A DNA stretch of 64,000 bases from Alphaproteobacteria bacterium (lineage in GTDB: Bacteria > Pseudomonadota > Alphaproteobacteria > UBA828), in the NCBI GenBank assembly GCA_963667785.2, contig CAXXMU010000001.1, positions 256,001 through 320,000 on the forward strand. The letters run 5' to 3'. Positions within the stretch are counted from its first letter, which is position 1; each line of letters opens with the position of its first letter. Of the stretch, positions 1 through 12,963 are shown one piece after another. The notes beneath the pieces were generated by a model that worked only from the letters and a program-made list of their open reading frames with translations, was not told where the DNA came from and searched no databases. The position numbers were made by a program, and so were the translations under genes.

Positions 1-305
1 GCATCCTCATGCCGATGGTCAACGAGGCGATCTATGCGCTCTACGAAGGCGTCGGCACGGTGAAGGCGATCGACACGGCGATGAAGCTCGGTGCGCATCA
101 CCGCATGGGGCCGCTGGAGCTCGCCGACTTCATCGGCCTCGACACCTGCCACTCGATCATGCAGGTGCTCTACGAGGGCCTCGCCGACAGCAAGTACCGG
201 CCCTGTCCGCTGCTCGTGAAGTATGTCGAGGCCGGCTGGCTCGGCCGCAAGACCGGCAAGGGTTTTTACGACTACTCCACCGGCACGCCGGTTCCCACCC
301 GCTGA
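1..305 (+). CDS. hbd: 3-hydroxybutyryl-CoA dehydrogenase, C-terminal part (5' truncated by window)
   Basis: C-terminal domain motifs [21 protein letters not shown] and [14 protein letters not shown]. Confidence 0.9.
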   Translation, partial: ILMPMVNEAIYALYEGVGTVKAIDTAMKLGAHHRMGPLELADFIGLDTCHSIMQVLYEGLADSKYRPCPLLVKYVEAGWLGRKTGKGFYDYSTGTPVPTR

Positions 306-321
306 CAGGTCGTCCCGCCGC

Positions 322-774
322 TTACCCGCGGTGATAGGGGTGGCCGGAGAGGATGCTGGCCGCGCGCCAGAGCTGTTCCGCCAGCATCGCGCGGGCGAGC
401 AGATGCGGCCACGTCATCGGACCCAGCGACAGCACCGTGTCGGCGCGGGCGAGCGCCGCCTCTCCGTGCCCGTCGGCGCCGCCGATCAGGAACGCCATGA
501 CGGCGGTACCCTCGTCGCGCTGCTGCGCGATGCGCTCCGCAAACGCCTCGCTCGTGAGCGCCTTTCCGGAGCCGTCGAGCGCCACGACATGGACACCGGC
601 CGGCAGCCCCTTCAGCAGCGCCGCCGCCTCGCGCTCCCGTCCCGCCTTGCCGCCACCGCCCGCGCGCACCTCCCGCAGCTCGAGCGGCCACGGCAGCCGC
701 CGCCGGTAGCTCTCGAAGAGCTGTCCGGCCGGGTCGTCCCCGGCCCGCCCCACTGCTGCCACGACCAGGCGCAT
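322..774 (-). CDS. rlmH: 23S rRNA pseudouridine(1915)-N3-methyltransferase RlmH
   Basis: MRLVVAAVGR start; IGGADG, SLGPMTWPH and GHPYHR motifs; follows rsfS. Confidence 0.95.
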   Translation of the reverse strand: MRLVVAAVGRAGDDPAGQLFESYRRRLPWPLELREVRAGGGGKAGREREAAALLKGLPAGVHVVALDGSGKALTSEAFAERIAQQRDEGTAVMAFLIGGADGHGEAALARADTVLSLGPMTWPHLLARAMLAEQLWRAASILSGHPYHRG

Positions 775-788
775 CGGCGCCCGGCGCC

Positions 789-1208
789 CTAGCGCTCGTC
801 GCCCGTCAGCGCCTGCTCGTCGGCCGTGCCGATCGATTCGACGGACCACATCTTCTCGAGGTTGTAGAGGGCGCGAATCTCCGGCCGGAAGACGTGCACG
901 ATGACGTCGCCCGCGTCGATCAGCACCCAGTCGCAGTTCTCGCGACCTTCGGCCGCGCGCGCCGGCGTGCCGTCGTCCTTGAGCTGCTTGATGAGGCGAT
1001 CCGCCACCGCATCGACGTGGCGCTTCGAGCGACCGCTGGCGATGACCATGAGGTCGGCGATCGCGGTCTTGCCGTCGAGGTCGATGGTGACGATGTCCTC
1101 CGCCTTGGCGTCGGTGAGGGCGGAGGCGACGGCCCGGTGAAGGGCTTCGGCGCCGGCCTTGGCCGGAGCCTGGGGATCTCTCCCAACAGATTGATTGGAT
1201 TGCGTTAT
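789..1208 (-). CDS. rsfS: Ribosome silencing factor RsfS (Iojap); start codon uncertain, possibly ATA at 1208
   Basis: DAKAEDIVTIDL..IADLMVIASGRS..WVLIDAGDVIVHVFRPE..YNLEKMW. The conserved N-terminus lies upstream of the first ATG (1049) and the frame is open to a TGA at 1218-1220. Confidence 0.88.
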   Translation of the reverse strand: MTQSNQSVGRDPQAPAKAGAEALHRAVASALTDAKAEDIVTIDLDGKTAIADLMVIASGRSKRHVDAVADRLIKQLKDDGTPARAAEGRENCDWVLIDAGDVIVHVFRPEIRALYNLEKMWSVESIGTADEQALTGDER

Positions 1209-1882
1209 GGTGCTTCTTCAGCCTCCCCGTGTCGGCCCGCTTCGCCTCCTGCGGCGCGGAGCATCGTTGCCGAGGCGGGATGCAGCGGACCATGGATCAC
1301 CATCCAGGCCGGTGGCTTGGATTGAACGAGCCCGCGCGCGCGGCGTTCTGCCATTCTCCTGCGCGCGAATCGCTGTGCGGGCTTCACCGCGCAAGCATAG
1401 CGCGAGTATGGCCAGCGGTCGATGATCGCGACGGGCAGCGCCCGGAAGAGCTGGGGCCAGCGCCGCCAGTCCGCCAGCGTCACCAGATTGTCGGCACCGA
1501 CGATCCAGACCATGCGGTGGCGCGGAAAGCGCCGTCTCAGCCGCGCCACCGTGTCGACGGAGTAGCGGCTGCCGAGGCGCCGCTCGATGTCGGTCACGCG
1601 GAGCCGCCGGTCGTCGGCGGCGGCTTCCGCCGCGGCCAGCCGGTCGTCGAACGGCGCCATGCCGGCGCAGGGCTTGAGCGGGTTCTGGGGCGAGACCAGC
1701 CACCACACCTCGTGCAGGCCGAGGCGCCTGAGGGCCAGCAGGCTGATGTGTCGATGGCCCTCGTGGGCGGGGTTGAACGAGCCGCCGAGCAGGCCGATCT
1801 TCCGGCCCGGCGGGCGCGCCGGCGGGGCGCTGCCGGGCACGGGCCTCGACCGCCGGCGGCGCATCGGCGCGATAGGGGGCAC
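1205..1882 (-). CDS. nadD: Nicotinate-nucleotide adenylyltransferase
   Basis: GGSFNPAHEGH (HxGH), VSPQNPLK, WIVGADNL, SATMLR; start approximate. Confidence 0.95.
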   Translation of the reverse strand: MPPIAPMRRRRSRPVPGSAPPARPPGRKIGLLGGSFNPAHEGHRHISLLALRRLGLHEVWWLVSPQNPLKPCAGMAPFDDRLAAAEAAADDRRLRVTDIERRLGSRYSVDTVARLRRRFPRHRMVWIVGADNLVTLADWRRWPQLFRALPVAIIDRWPYSRYACAVKPAQRFARRRMAERRARGLVQSKPPAWMVIHGPLHPASATMLRAAGGEAGRHGEAEEAP

Positions 1883-1890
1883 GAGAGGGT

Positions 1891-3179
1891 TCAGGGGCGA
1901 ACCTGTCCGTTGCCGTAGACCTTGTACTTGTAGGTCGTCAGTTGCTCGACACCCACCGGCCCGCGCGCATGCAGCTTGCCCGTGGAGATGCCGATTTCGG
2001 CGCCCATGCCGAACTCGCCGCCGTCGGCGAACTGGGTCGAGGCGTTGTGCAGCACGATGCCGCTGTCCACCGCCTCCATGAAGCGATCGGCGGCGCTTGC
2101 GTCCTCCGTCACGATGGCGTCGGTGTGGTGGGAGCCATGCTCGTTGACGTGGGCGATCGCCGCATCGAGTCCGTCCACCAGCCCGACCGAGATGATCGCG
2201 TCGAGATACTCCGTCCCCCAGTCGGCGGGCGCGGCCGGCACGACGCGGGAATCGAGAGCCTGCACGCGGCGGTCGCCGCGCACCTCGCAGCCTGCCTCGA
2301 ACAGCGGCTCGAGGATCAGTGGCAGCGCGTCCGCCATGGCGGTGTCCACGAGCAGGGTCTCGGCGGCGCCGCAGATTCCGGTGCGCCGCATCTTCGCGTT
2401 GAAGGTGACGTCGCGCGCCTTCTCGGGGTCGGCGGCGGCGTGCACGTAGACATGGCAGTTGCCGTCGAGATGCGCCATCACCGGCACCCGGCTCTCTTCC
2501 TTCACGCGCTCGATCAGCGAGCGGCCGCCGCGCGGCACGATCAGGTCCAGCACGTCGTCCATGGCGAGCAGGATGCCCACCGCGGCGCGGTCCGTCGTCG
2601 GCACGAGCTGGATGCAGCCCGCCGGCAGCCCGCTCTCGACAAGGGCCTGGCGCAGCGCCGCGGCGATGGCGCGCGAGGAATGCCAGCTCTCCGAGCCGCC
2701 GCGCAGGATCGCCGCGTTACCCGACATGAGGCAGAGTGCGCCGGCGTCGGCGGTCACGTTGGGCCGCGATTCGTAGATGATCCCGATGATCCCGATCGGC
2801 ACCGAGACCCGGCGGATGCGGAGCCCGTTGGGCCGCTCCCACTCGCCGAGCAGGCGGCCGACCGGGTCCTCCAGCGCGGCGACCTGCTCGACGCCCGCCG
2901 CCATGGCCTCGACCCGGCCGGGATCGAGGGCGAGGCGGTCGAGAAGGGCGCCGCTCAGCTCCTTCTCCCGCGCGGCCGCCATGTCGCGGGCGTTCGCCTC
3001 CAGGATGGTGGCCTCGCTCGCACGCAATGCCGCCGCCGCCGCCCTCAGCGCCCCCCGCCTGGTCTCGGCGGAGGCGGCCGCGAGCGCCCGTGCCGCCGCA
3101 CGCGCCTCGGCGCCGAGCGCGGCCATCGCGGCTTCGATGTCGCGGTCCTCGTCGCGGTTCCGCGCCGCCTGGGCGATGC

Positions 3180-3183
<4 letters not shown>
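1891..3183 (-). CDS. proA: Gamma-glutamyl phosphate reductase
   Basis: [43 protein letters not shown]. Confidence 0.97.
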
Positions 3184-5653
<2,470 letters not shown>

Positions 5654-5654
<1 letters not shown>

Positions 5655-6343
5655 CAGCTCTTCTCCTCCGCCGACTCGTCCGCCTGCGCATCGTCCGCCT
5701 CGCCGGCATCCGCCTCGGTGGCTGCGGGAGCGGCGTCCTCGCTCGCCTTTGCCTTGGCCGTCGTCCGCCGTCGGGTGGCGGTCCGCTTCTTCGCCGCAGG
5801 CTTCTCGGCCGGTGCGGGCGCTTCCGTTGCCGCCGCGGTCTCCGCCTCGGCGGGCGCCGGCGCGTCGTCCCCGGTCTTCGGCGCCTTGGGCGCGGCCCGC
5901 TTCCGTGTCGTCGTTCCGGTTTTCGCCTCGGTCTTCGCCCGCGCCGGCCTCTTCCTCCGGCCGCCGGCCGGCGCCGCCTCGTCGTCGGTCGAGGCCGCCT
6001 TCTTCTTCCGCCGCACCTTCCGCTTCTGGCCCGCCGCCAGGATTTCGTCGATGCGGAGCACGGTCAGGTCCTGCCGGTGCCCGCGCTTGCGGCGGTGGTT
6101 CTTCCGCCGTTTCTTGCGGAAGACGATGATCTTGTCGCCGCGCGTGTGCTCCACCACAGTCGCCGCCACGCGCGCGCCGTCGACGAGCGGCCGCCCCAGC
6201 GAGACGGTCTCGCCGTCGCTCATCGCCAGCACCTCTCCCAGCTCGATCGTCTCGCCGGCCTCGGCCTTGAGACGCTCGACCCGGATAACGTCCTCCGGCG
6301 CGACGCGGTACTGCTTTCCGCCGGTGCGAACCACAGCGAACAT
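5654..6343 (-). CDS. rplU: 50S ribosomal protein L21 with long low-complexity C-terminal extension
   Basis: [33 protein letters not shown]; about 125 extra residues follow. Confidence 0.97.
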
Positions 6344-6390
6344 GGCAACCATCCGTATTGGGAGGAGGGGGCACCCCCCGCAGCGGGCGC

Positions 6391-6418
6391 ACTATAGGCC
6401 CACCGCGGCTGCTGTCAA
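6391..6418 (-). promoter_or_regulatory. Sigma70-type promoter of the rplU-rpmA-obgE operon
   Basis: Minus strand TTGACA-16 nt-TATAGT, about 50 nt upstream of the rplU start. Confidence 0.75.
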
Positions 6419-6455
6419 TCAGCCGCGCCGCCGGCGGGCGGACCAGAAGGGCGGA

Positions 6456-6758
6456 TCAGAAGCCGTGCTTGGCGGCTTCCTCGGCGTACTTGCGCTTCTG
6501 CTCGGGCGTGGCCTCGGTCTGGAAGTGCTCCTTCCACTCGGCGTAGGTCATGCCATAGACGAGTTGGCGCGCCTCCTCGAGATCCATGTCGAGCCCCTTC
6601 TCCTCGGCGGCGGCGCGGTACCATTTGGACAGGCAATTGCGACAGAAGCCCGCGAGGTTCATCAGGTCGATGTTCTGCACGTCCGTGCGCTTGCGCAGGT
6701 GCGCGACCAAGGTGCGGAAGGCCGCAGCCTCCAGCTCGGTCTGGGTCCTATCGTCCAT
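6456..6758 (-). CDS. DUF1244 family protein
   Basis: ELEAAAFRTLVAHLRKRTDVQNIDLMNLAGFCRNCLSKWY. Confidence 0.9.
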   Translation of the reverse strand: MDDRTQTELEAAAFRTLVAHLRKRTDVQNIDLMNLAGFCRNCLSKWYRAAAEEKGLDMDLEEARQLVYGMTYAEWKEHFQTEATPEQKRKYAEEAAKHGF

Positions 6759-7029
6759 CTTCCGTCTCTCCGCCGCCGCCCGCCTCGTCGAGCCTCGCTT
6801 CCAGCGCGGCGACGCGCTCGGCGAGCGCCTCAGCCTCGCTGCGTGCGTTCGCGGCCATCTCCTTGACGGCGTCGAACTCGTCGCGCGGGACCAGGTCCAT
6901 CTGCGCCAGGACCCGCTCCAGCCGGCGCTTGACGAGGGCGTCGAGCTCGCCCTTGAGCCCGCTCGCCGCCCCCATGGCTCCGGTGGCGACGCGGGCCACG
7001 TCGTCGAGAATGTGGCTGTCCGTCTGCAT
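6748..7029 (-). CDS. ubiK: Accessory factor UbiK / BMFP family protein
   Basis: LDDVARVATGA..MDLVPRDEFDAVKEMA followed by a coiled coil. Confidence 0.85.
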   Translation of the reverse strand: MQTDSHILDDVARVATGAMGAASGLKGELDALVKRRLERVLAQMDLVPRDEFDAVKEMAANARSEAEALAERVAALEARLDEAGGGGETEDGR

Positions 7030-7218
7030 CGGCAGTCTCCTCCGGCCGGCGCTCGAGGGATATGACTATCGCGCCGCAAGGCGCGTCGCGTCGCGCGGCC
7101 GCACGCGCAGAGCGCACGTTCGAGCAGACCGAGCGCCGGTGCTTGAGAGATATGAATAAAGCGGCGACCATCGAGGGCGCAAGCCCATGAGACCGCGGCC
7201 CGGAGGAGGGTGCCGGCC

Positions 7219-7845
7219 ATGACCGGGAAAGCCAGTATCGTCGGCGTGCTTCTCGCCGGCGGCCTCGCGCGCCGCATGGGGGGCGGCGACAAGTGCTTGC
7301 AGCCGCTGGCCGGCGAGACCCTGCTCGCGCGGGTGATCGCGCGGGCCGCACCCCAGGTCGGCCCGCTGATCCTCAACGCGAACGGCGATCCTAAGCGCTT
7401 CGCGGCCTACGGCCTGCCGGTGGTGGCGGACGTGGTGGAGGGCCATGCCGGGCCGCTCGCCGGCATCCTCACCGCGCTCGACTGGGCCGCCGATCACGCG
7501 CCCCACTGCCCCCTGGTGGCGAGCTTCGCCACCGACGCGCCGTTCCTGCCGCGCGACCTGGTCGAGACGATGGCGCAGGCCCGCGATCTCGCCGGCGCCG
7601 ACCTCGCCTGCGCCGCCTCGGACGGGCGGGCGCATCCGGTGTTCGGGCTCTGGCCGGTGGAACTCCGCGCCGACCTGCGGCAGGCCCTGGTCGAGCGGGG
7701 CGAGCGCAAGATCGACCGCTGGACCGCCAGCCACAGGCTGGTCGAGGTCGCCTTTCCCGTCGGTCCCGTCGACCCGTTCTTCAACGCCAACCGCGCCGAC
7801 GACCTGGCCGAAGCCGAGCGCCTGATAGCCGCGCACGGCTGGTAA
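7219..7845 (+). CDS. mobA: Molybdenum cofactor guanylyltransferase
   Basis: LAGGLARRMGGGDK, GPLAGI, DAPFLP, FFNAN; GGAGGAGG SD at 7202-7209. Confidence 0.95.
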   Translation: MTGKASIVGVLLAGGLARRMGGGDKCLQPLAGETLLARVIARAAPQVGPLILNANGDPKRFAAYGLPVVADVVEGHAGPLAGILTALDWAADHAPHCPLVASFATDAPFLPRDLVETMAQARDLAGADLACAASDGRAHPVFGLWPVELRADLRQALVERGERKIDRWTASHRLVEVAFPVGPVDPFFNANRADDLAEAERLIAAHGW

Positions 7846-7849
7846 GCTT

Positions 7850-9112
7850 CTACTCGTCCGCGTGGGCGTAGGTGAGGTCGTGCGGCGGCCGGTCGCCGAG
7901 GGCCGGATCGGTGCCCGCCGGCTGGTAGGGGGCGCCGAGGGTGCCGATATCGAGCGGCACGTCCTGGGCGAGCAGGCTGCGGGCGATGACCAGCCGCTGG
8001 ATCGAGGGCGTGCCCTCCTCCAGCATGTTGATCCGGCATTCGCGGTAGAGGCGCTCCAGCGGATAGGGATAGTCGGTGAAGTACGCGCGCCCGCCGACCA
8101 CGTCCATCGCCTTGTCGGTGACCCGCATCACGGTCTCGAGCCCGAACAGCTTGGCGATCGATGCCTCCAGCGCGCACGGCTCCTCGCGGTCGATCCTGGC
8201 GGCCACGTCGTCGAGGATGAGGCGCAGCGCGTAGACATCGCGGGCCATGTCGGCGAGCTCGGACTGGACCGAAGGGCGGGCGGCGATGGGCCGGCCGAAG
8301 GTGATGCGCTTGCCGGCGAAATGGAGCGCGATTTCCAGCGCCCGCTCGGCGGTGCCCAGCGAGCTGGCGGCGACGAAGACGCGGCTCGGCTCCAGCTCGC
8401 CGAGGAAGACGTCGAGGCCGTCGCCCTCGGCCCCCACCATGCTGTCCACGGGCACCGGCGTGTTCTCGAAGCGCAGGATGCCGTGCGGCGGGCCGTTGTT
8501 GCCCATCATGTCGGGCATCGGCTCGATGGTGAAGCCGGGCGCGCCGGTGGGCACCACCAGGGCGGTGAGCCCGCGGCGGTCGCCGCGCGCGCCGGTGCGG
8601 CAGCAGATGAGGTGGCCGCTCGCGAAGTCCGCGTTGGTGATGTAGTGCTTCGCGCCGTTCACGATCCAGTGATCGCCCTCGCGCCGGGCACGGGTGCCGA
8701 CATCCATGCCGCTCCCGGAATTGGGCTCCGTGATGGCGAAGGTGAGCGACTGCTCGCCCCGCGCCAGCGCCGGCAGCAGCGCCTTCTTCTGGGCCTCGGT
8801 GCCGTAGGCGACCACCGCGCGGGCGCTCGTGTTGTGGACGTGAAGCAACACCCGGACGACGCCCGAGACCTTCGAGAACTCGGCGAGCAGCGGCAGGTAG
8901 CGGGCGCAGCTCAGCGCGATTCCGCCATATTCCTCGGGGATGACCGCGCCGAACAGGCCGTGGTCCCGGAACTGCGGGAAGAGCTCGTCCTGGGGGAAGC
9001 GCCCCGTCCGCTCCATCTCGCCCGCGCGCGGCTCGACCTCGCGCCAGAGGAAATCGAACACCCGCCTGCGGTAGGCCTCGTAGTCGTCGTCCGTCCTGAT
9101 GCTGATCGCCAT
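7850..9112 (-). CDS. Acyl-CoA dehydrogenase family protein
   Basis: [43 protein letters not shown]. Confidence 0.93.
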   Translation of the reverse strand: MAISIRTDDDYEAYRRRVFDFLWREVEPRAGEMERTGRFPQDELFPQFRDHGLFGAVIPEEYGGIALSCARYLPLLAEFSKVSGVVRVLLHVHNTSARAVVAYGTEAQKKALLPALARGEQSLTFAITEPNSGSGMDVGTRARREGDHWIVNGAKHYITNADFASGHLICCRTGARGDRRGLTALVVPTGAPGFTIEPMPDMMGNNGPPHGILRFENTPVPVDSMVGAEGDGLDVFLGELEPSRVFVAASSLGTAERALEIALHFAGKRITFGRPIAARPSVQSELADMARDVYALRLILDDVAARIDREEPCALEASIAKLFGLETVMRVTDKAMDVVGGRAYFTDYPYPLERLYRECRINMLEEGTPSIQRLVIARSLLAQDVPLDIGTLGAPYQPAGTDPALGDRPPHDLTYAHADE

Positions 9113-9195
9113 GCTGCCGCTCCTGCTGCTCCGGCTTGTTACTTCCGCGCGAGGTGCTATCTATCACACCAGGAACGGACGCGTGCGAGGGCGAG

Positions 9196-9669
9196 ATGAC
9201 TGAAACGGCGATTTTCGGGGCGGGCTGCTTCTGGGGCGTCGAGGCCGCGTTTCGCCGGGTGGACGGCGTCGTCGAGACCGCGGTCGGCTACGCGGGCGGC
9301 TCCACGGCGGAGCCCACCTATCACGAGGTGTGCAGCGGCACGACGGGGCACGCGGAGGTGGTGCGGGTCGCTTTCGATCCTGCGCGGGTGAGCTACGAGG
9401 AGCTGCTGCAGCTCTTCTGGCAGGTGCACGACCCGACCCAGGTGAACCGCCAGGGGCCCGACGTCGGCACCCAGTACCGCTCGGTCGTCTTCTGCGGCTC
9501 GGAGGCCCAGAAGGAGGCGGCGGAGGCGAGCAAGGCGGCGCTCGTGGCGGCGGGGCATCGGATCGCGACGAGCATCGAGCCGGCGGCCGCGTTCTGGATG
9601 GCCGAGGACTACCATCAGCAGTATGTCGAGAAGAACCGGCGCATCCACGCCGGCTTCTTCCGCGTCTGA
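9196..9669 (+). CDS. msrA: Peptide-methionine (S)-S-oxide reductase
   Basis: [34 protein letters not shown]. Confidence 0.97.
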   Translation: MTETAIFGAGCFWGVEAAFRRVDGVVETAVGYAGGSTAEPTYHEVCSGTTGHAEVVRVAFDPARVSYEELLQLFWQVHDPTQVNRQGPDVGTQYRSVVFCGSEAQKEAAEASKAALVAAGHRIATSIEPAAAFWMAEDYHQQYVEKNRRIHAGFFRV

Positions 9670-9719
9670 CCGGCCCCGGCCGGCGTCCCTGCGCGCCTCG
9701 CCAACACTCTCGACCGCTC

Positions 9720-11069
9720 ATGGCAGCTTCCGGAGCGGCTGAGCCCACCGACCTGCTGGACGGGCTGATCGCGCGCGCCCGCCGTCTCGGCGCCGACGCT
9801 GCCGATGCGGTTCTGGTGTACAGCAGCGCGCTCAGCGCACGCTGCCGCCTCGGCGAGCCCGAGGAGCTGATTCGTGCGGAGGCCCGCGACCTGGGCCTGC
9901 GCGTCTTCGTCGGCGACCGCCAGGCCATCGTCTCCACTACCGACTTCTCTGAAGGCGCGCTCGGCCCGCTCGCCGAGCGGGCGCTCGCCATGGCGCGCGC
10001 GGTGCCGGAGGACCCTTACGCGGGCCTTGCCGACCCGGCCCGCCTCGCCAGCGACTGGCCGTCGCTCGACCTCGTCGATGCGGGCGAGCCCGATGCCGAG
10101 GGTCTGATGGCACGCGCGGCGGAGGCGGAGGAAGCCGCGCTCGCGGTCGCCGGAGTCACCAACTCCGACGGCGCCGACGCGGGCTGGCGCCGGAACCAGG
10201 TGACGCTCGCGACCAGCACGGGCTTCGTCGGCAGCCACGCAAACAGCGGGTTTTCGGTCAGCGCGGCGGTACTGGCGGGCGAAGGCACGGCCATGGAGCG
10301 CGACTACGAGTGGTCGACGGCGGTGCACGAATGCGACCTGGAGGCCCCCGCGGCGGTCGGCCGCCGCGCCGGCGAGCGCGCGGTGCGTCGCCTCGGCGCG
10401 CGCAAGGCGCGCTCCGGCCAGGTGCCGGTGGTCTACGACCCGCGCATTGCCGGCGGGCTGCTCTCCCATCTCACCGGCGCGATCTCGGGCCCCGCGATCG
10501 CCCGCGGCACGAGCTTCCTGAAGGACGCGCTGGAGACCGCGCTGTTCGCCCCCGGCACCGCCATCGTCGACGACCCCCACCGGACGCGGGGGCTGCGCTC
10601 GCGTCCCTTCGATGGCGAGGGGGTCGCGACGGAGCGCCGCGAGGTCGTCGCCGACGGCGTGCTGCGGAGCTGGCTGCTCGACAGCCGCTCGGCCCGCCAG
10701 CTCGGCCTCGTAAGCACCGGCCATGCCGTGCGCAGCGCGAGCACGCCGCCCGCGCCCGCGCCCTCCAACCTGTGGCTCGAGCCCGGGCGCGAGAGCCGGA
10801 AGGCGCTGATCGGCGGGATCGCGAGCGGGTTCTACGTCACCGAGCTGATCGGCATGGGGGTGAACCTCGTGACCGGCGATTACAGCCGGGGCGCGGCGGG
10901 CTTCTGGATCGAGCAGGGCGAGATCGCCTACCCGGTGAGCGAGATCACCGTCGCCGGCAATCTCCGCGAGATGTTCCGCCAGCTCACGCCGGCCGACGAT
11001 CTCACCTTCCGCTACGGCGTCGACAGCCCCACCGTCTGCATCGAGGGCATGACGGTCGCGGGCCGCTAG
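9720..11069 (+). CDS. pmbA: TldD/PmbA family protein (PmbA/TldE)
   Basis: DLGLRVFVG, MERDY, RPFDGEG, GVNLVTGDYSRGAAG, PVSEITVAGNL. Confidence 0.92.
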   Translation: MAASGAAEPTDLLDGLIARARRLGADAADAVLVYSSALSARCRLGEPEELIRAEARDLGLRVFVGDRQAIVSTTDFSEGALGPLAERALAMARAVPEDPYAGLADPARLASDWPSLDLVDAGEPDAEGLMARAAEAEEAALAVAGVTNSDGADAGWRRNQVTLATSTGFVGSHANSGFSVSAAVLAGEGTAMERDYEWSTAVHECDLEAPAAVGRRAGERAVRRLGARKARSGQVPVVYDPRIAGGLLSHLTGAISGPAIARGTSFLKDALETALFAPGTAIVDDPHRTRGLRSRPFDGEGVATERREVVADGVLRSWLLDSRSARQLGLVSTGHAVRSASTPPAPAPSNLWLEPGRESRKALIGGIASGFYVTELIGMGVNLVTGDYSRGAAGFWIEQGEIAYPVSEITVAGNLREMFRQLTPADDLTFRYGVDSPTVCIEGMTVAGR

Positions 11070-11182
11070 GCGGGAGCGACGGGCACCGCGGGCCGGCCCG
11101 CCCCGGCTGGAGCCCGGAGCCCGGCCGTGCTATGGGATTGATCTCAAGCGCTTAGGTATCGCGCTTGTGCCGGGCGAAAGCC

Positions 11183-12961
11183 GTGGAGCAACCTGACCCA
11201 CCCCATCGACCGCTTTCGACGAGGCGCCTCGTGGTCCGCCTCGTGCGCGACCATGTGCGCCCTCACCTGGGCCGGCTTCTGCTCGCCGGCCTCTGTATGG
11301 CGCTCGCCGCCGGCTCCACCGCAGCCCTCGCCTATCTCATGGAGCCGGTGCTCGACCAGATCTTCCTGGAGAAGGACCGCACGCTCCTCATCGTCGTCCC
11401 CGTCGCGGTCATCGGCATCACGCTGATCCGGGGGGCCGCCACCTACGGTCACTCGGTGCTGATGGCCTTCGTCGGCCAGCGCGTCATCGCCGACCTGCAG
11501 AGCCGGGTGTTCGCCCACATCCTGCGCTTCGACCTCGCCTTCTTCCAGGACACCGCGTCGGGGAGGCTGGTCTCGCGGCTCACCAACGATGTCAACATGA
11601 TGCGCAACGCGGTCGCGAACGCGCTGACCGGCATGGTCAGGGATTCGCTGACCCTGTTCTTCCTGATCGGCGTCATGTTCGAGAAGGACTGGAAGCTGGC
11701 GCTGATCGCCTGCGTGGTCTTCCCCATCGCGATCTATCCGATCGCCAGGATCGGTCGGCGCATGCGCAAGGTCTCGACCTCCGCGCTCAGCGAGCTCGGC
11801 CTCTTCACCGCGCGGCTCAACGAGGCCTTCCAGGGCGCGCGCCACGTCAAGGCCTACAACCGCGAGGACTTCGAGGCGACGCGCACCGACCGGCTGATCG
11901 AGAGCGTCTTCCGCCTGATCTTCAAGCAGCAGCGCATCCGCTCCATCGCCTCGCCGCTGATGGAAACGCTCGGCGGCATATTCATCGCGGTGCTGATCCT
12001 CTACGGCGGCTGGCAGGTCATCGAGGGGGCGCTCTCGCCCGGCGCCTTCTTCGCCTTCATCACCGCCATGCTGCTCGCCTACCGGCCGCTCAAGGCGCTG
12101 GCCAACCTCAACGCCAGCCTGCAGGAGGGCCTCGCCGCGAGCCAGCGCGTGTTCGACCTGCTGGACACCGCGCCGCGCATCGTCGAGGCCCCGGATGCGC
12201 GTCCGCTCCGGGTCGCCGGCGGCGCCGTCGCGCTGGAGGGCGTGCGCTTCACCTACCCGAACGGCACGCCGGCGCTGCACGCGCTCGACCTCAAGGTTCC
12301 GGCGGGAGAGACGATCGCGCTCGTCGGCCCCTCGGGCGCGGGCAAGTCGACCGTGCTCAACCTGATCCCCCGGTTCTACGATGTCGACGGCGGGTCGGTC
12401 AGGATCGACGGCACCGATATCCGCGAGGCGACGATCGAGAGCGTGCGCGACGCGATCGCGCTGGTGAGCCAGGAAGCGGTGCTCTTCGACGATTCCATCC
12501 GCGCCAACATCGCCTACGGGCGGATCGACGCGAGCGATGACGAGATCGAGGCCGCCGCCCGCTCGGCCGGTGCCGCCGGCTTCGTCGAGGAGCTCCCCCA
12601 GGGCTACGACACCGTCATCGGCGAGCACGGGGTCAAGCTCTCCGGCGGCCAGCGGCAGCGGATCTCGATTGCCCGCGCCATCCTCAAGGATGCACCCATC
12701 CTGCTGCTCGACGAGGCGACGAGCGCGCTCGACGCCGAATCCGAGCGCCAGGTGCAGGAGGCCCTGCGCGGCCTGATGCGGGGCCGGACCACTCTCGTCA
12801 TCGCCCACCGGCTCTCCACGGTGCAGGACGCCGACCAGATCCATGTGCTGGATGGCGGCAGGCTCGTGGAATCGGGCACGCACCGGACGTTGCTCGCAGC
12901 CGGCGGCCTTTATGCGCGGCTGCACGAGATGCAGTTCGCGGCCGACATGGCTGCCGAATAG
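11183..12961 (+). CDS. msbA: Lipid A export ABC transporter (MsbA-like, permease plus ATPase)
   Basis: TM domain, GPSGAGKST, LSGGQRQR, LLLDEATSALD; first gene of the lipid A block; start approximate. Confidence 0.85.
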   Translation: MEQPDPPHRPLSTRRLVVRLVRDHVRPHLGRLLLAGLCMALAAGSTAALAYLMEPVLDQIFLEKDRTLLIVVPVAVIGITLIRGAATYGHSVLMAFVGQRVIADLQSRVFAHILRFDLAFFQDTASGRLVSRLTNDVNMMRNAVANALTGMVRDSLTLFFLIGVMFEKDWKLALIACVVFPIAIYPIARIGRRMRKVSTSALSELGLFTARLNEAFQGARHVKAYNREDFEATRTDRLIESVFRLIFKQQRIRSIASPLMETLGGIFIAVLILYGGWQVIEGALSPGAFFAFITAMLLAYRPLKALANLNASLQEGLAASQRVFDLLDTAPRIVEAPDARPLRVAGGAVALEGVRFTYPNGTPALHALDLKVPAGETIALVGPSGAGKSTVLNLIPRFYDVDGGSVRIDGTDIREATIESVRDAIALVSQEAVLFDDSIRANIAYGRIDASDDEIEAAARSAGAAGFVEELPQGYDTVIGEHGVKLSGGQRQRISIARAILKDAPILLLDEATSALDAESERQVQEALRGLMRGRTTLVIAHRLSTVQDADQIHVLDGGRLVESGTHRTLLAAGGLYARLHEMQFAADMAAE

Positions 12962-12963
12962 GC

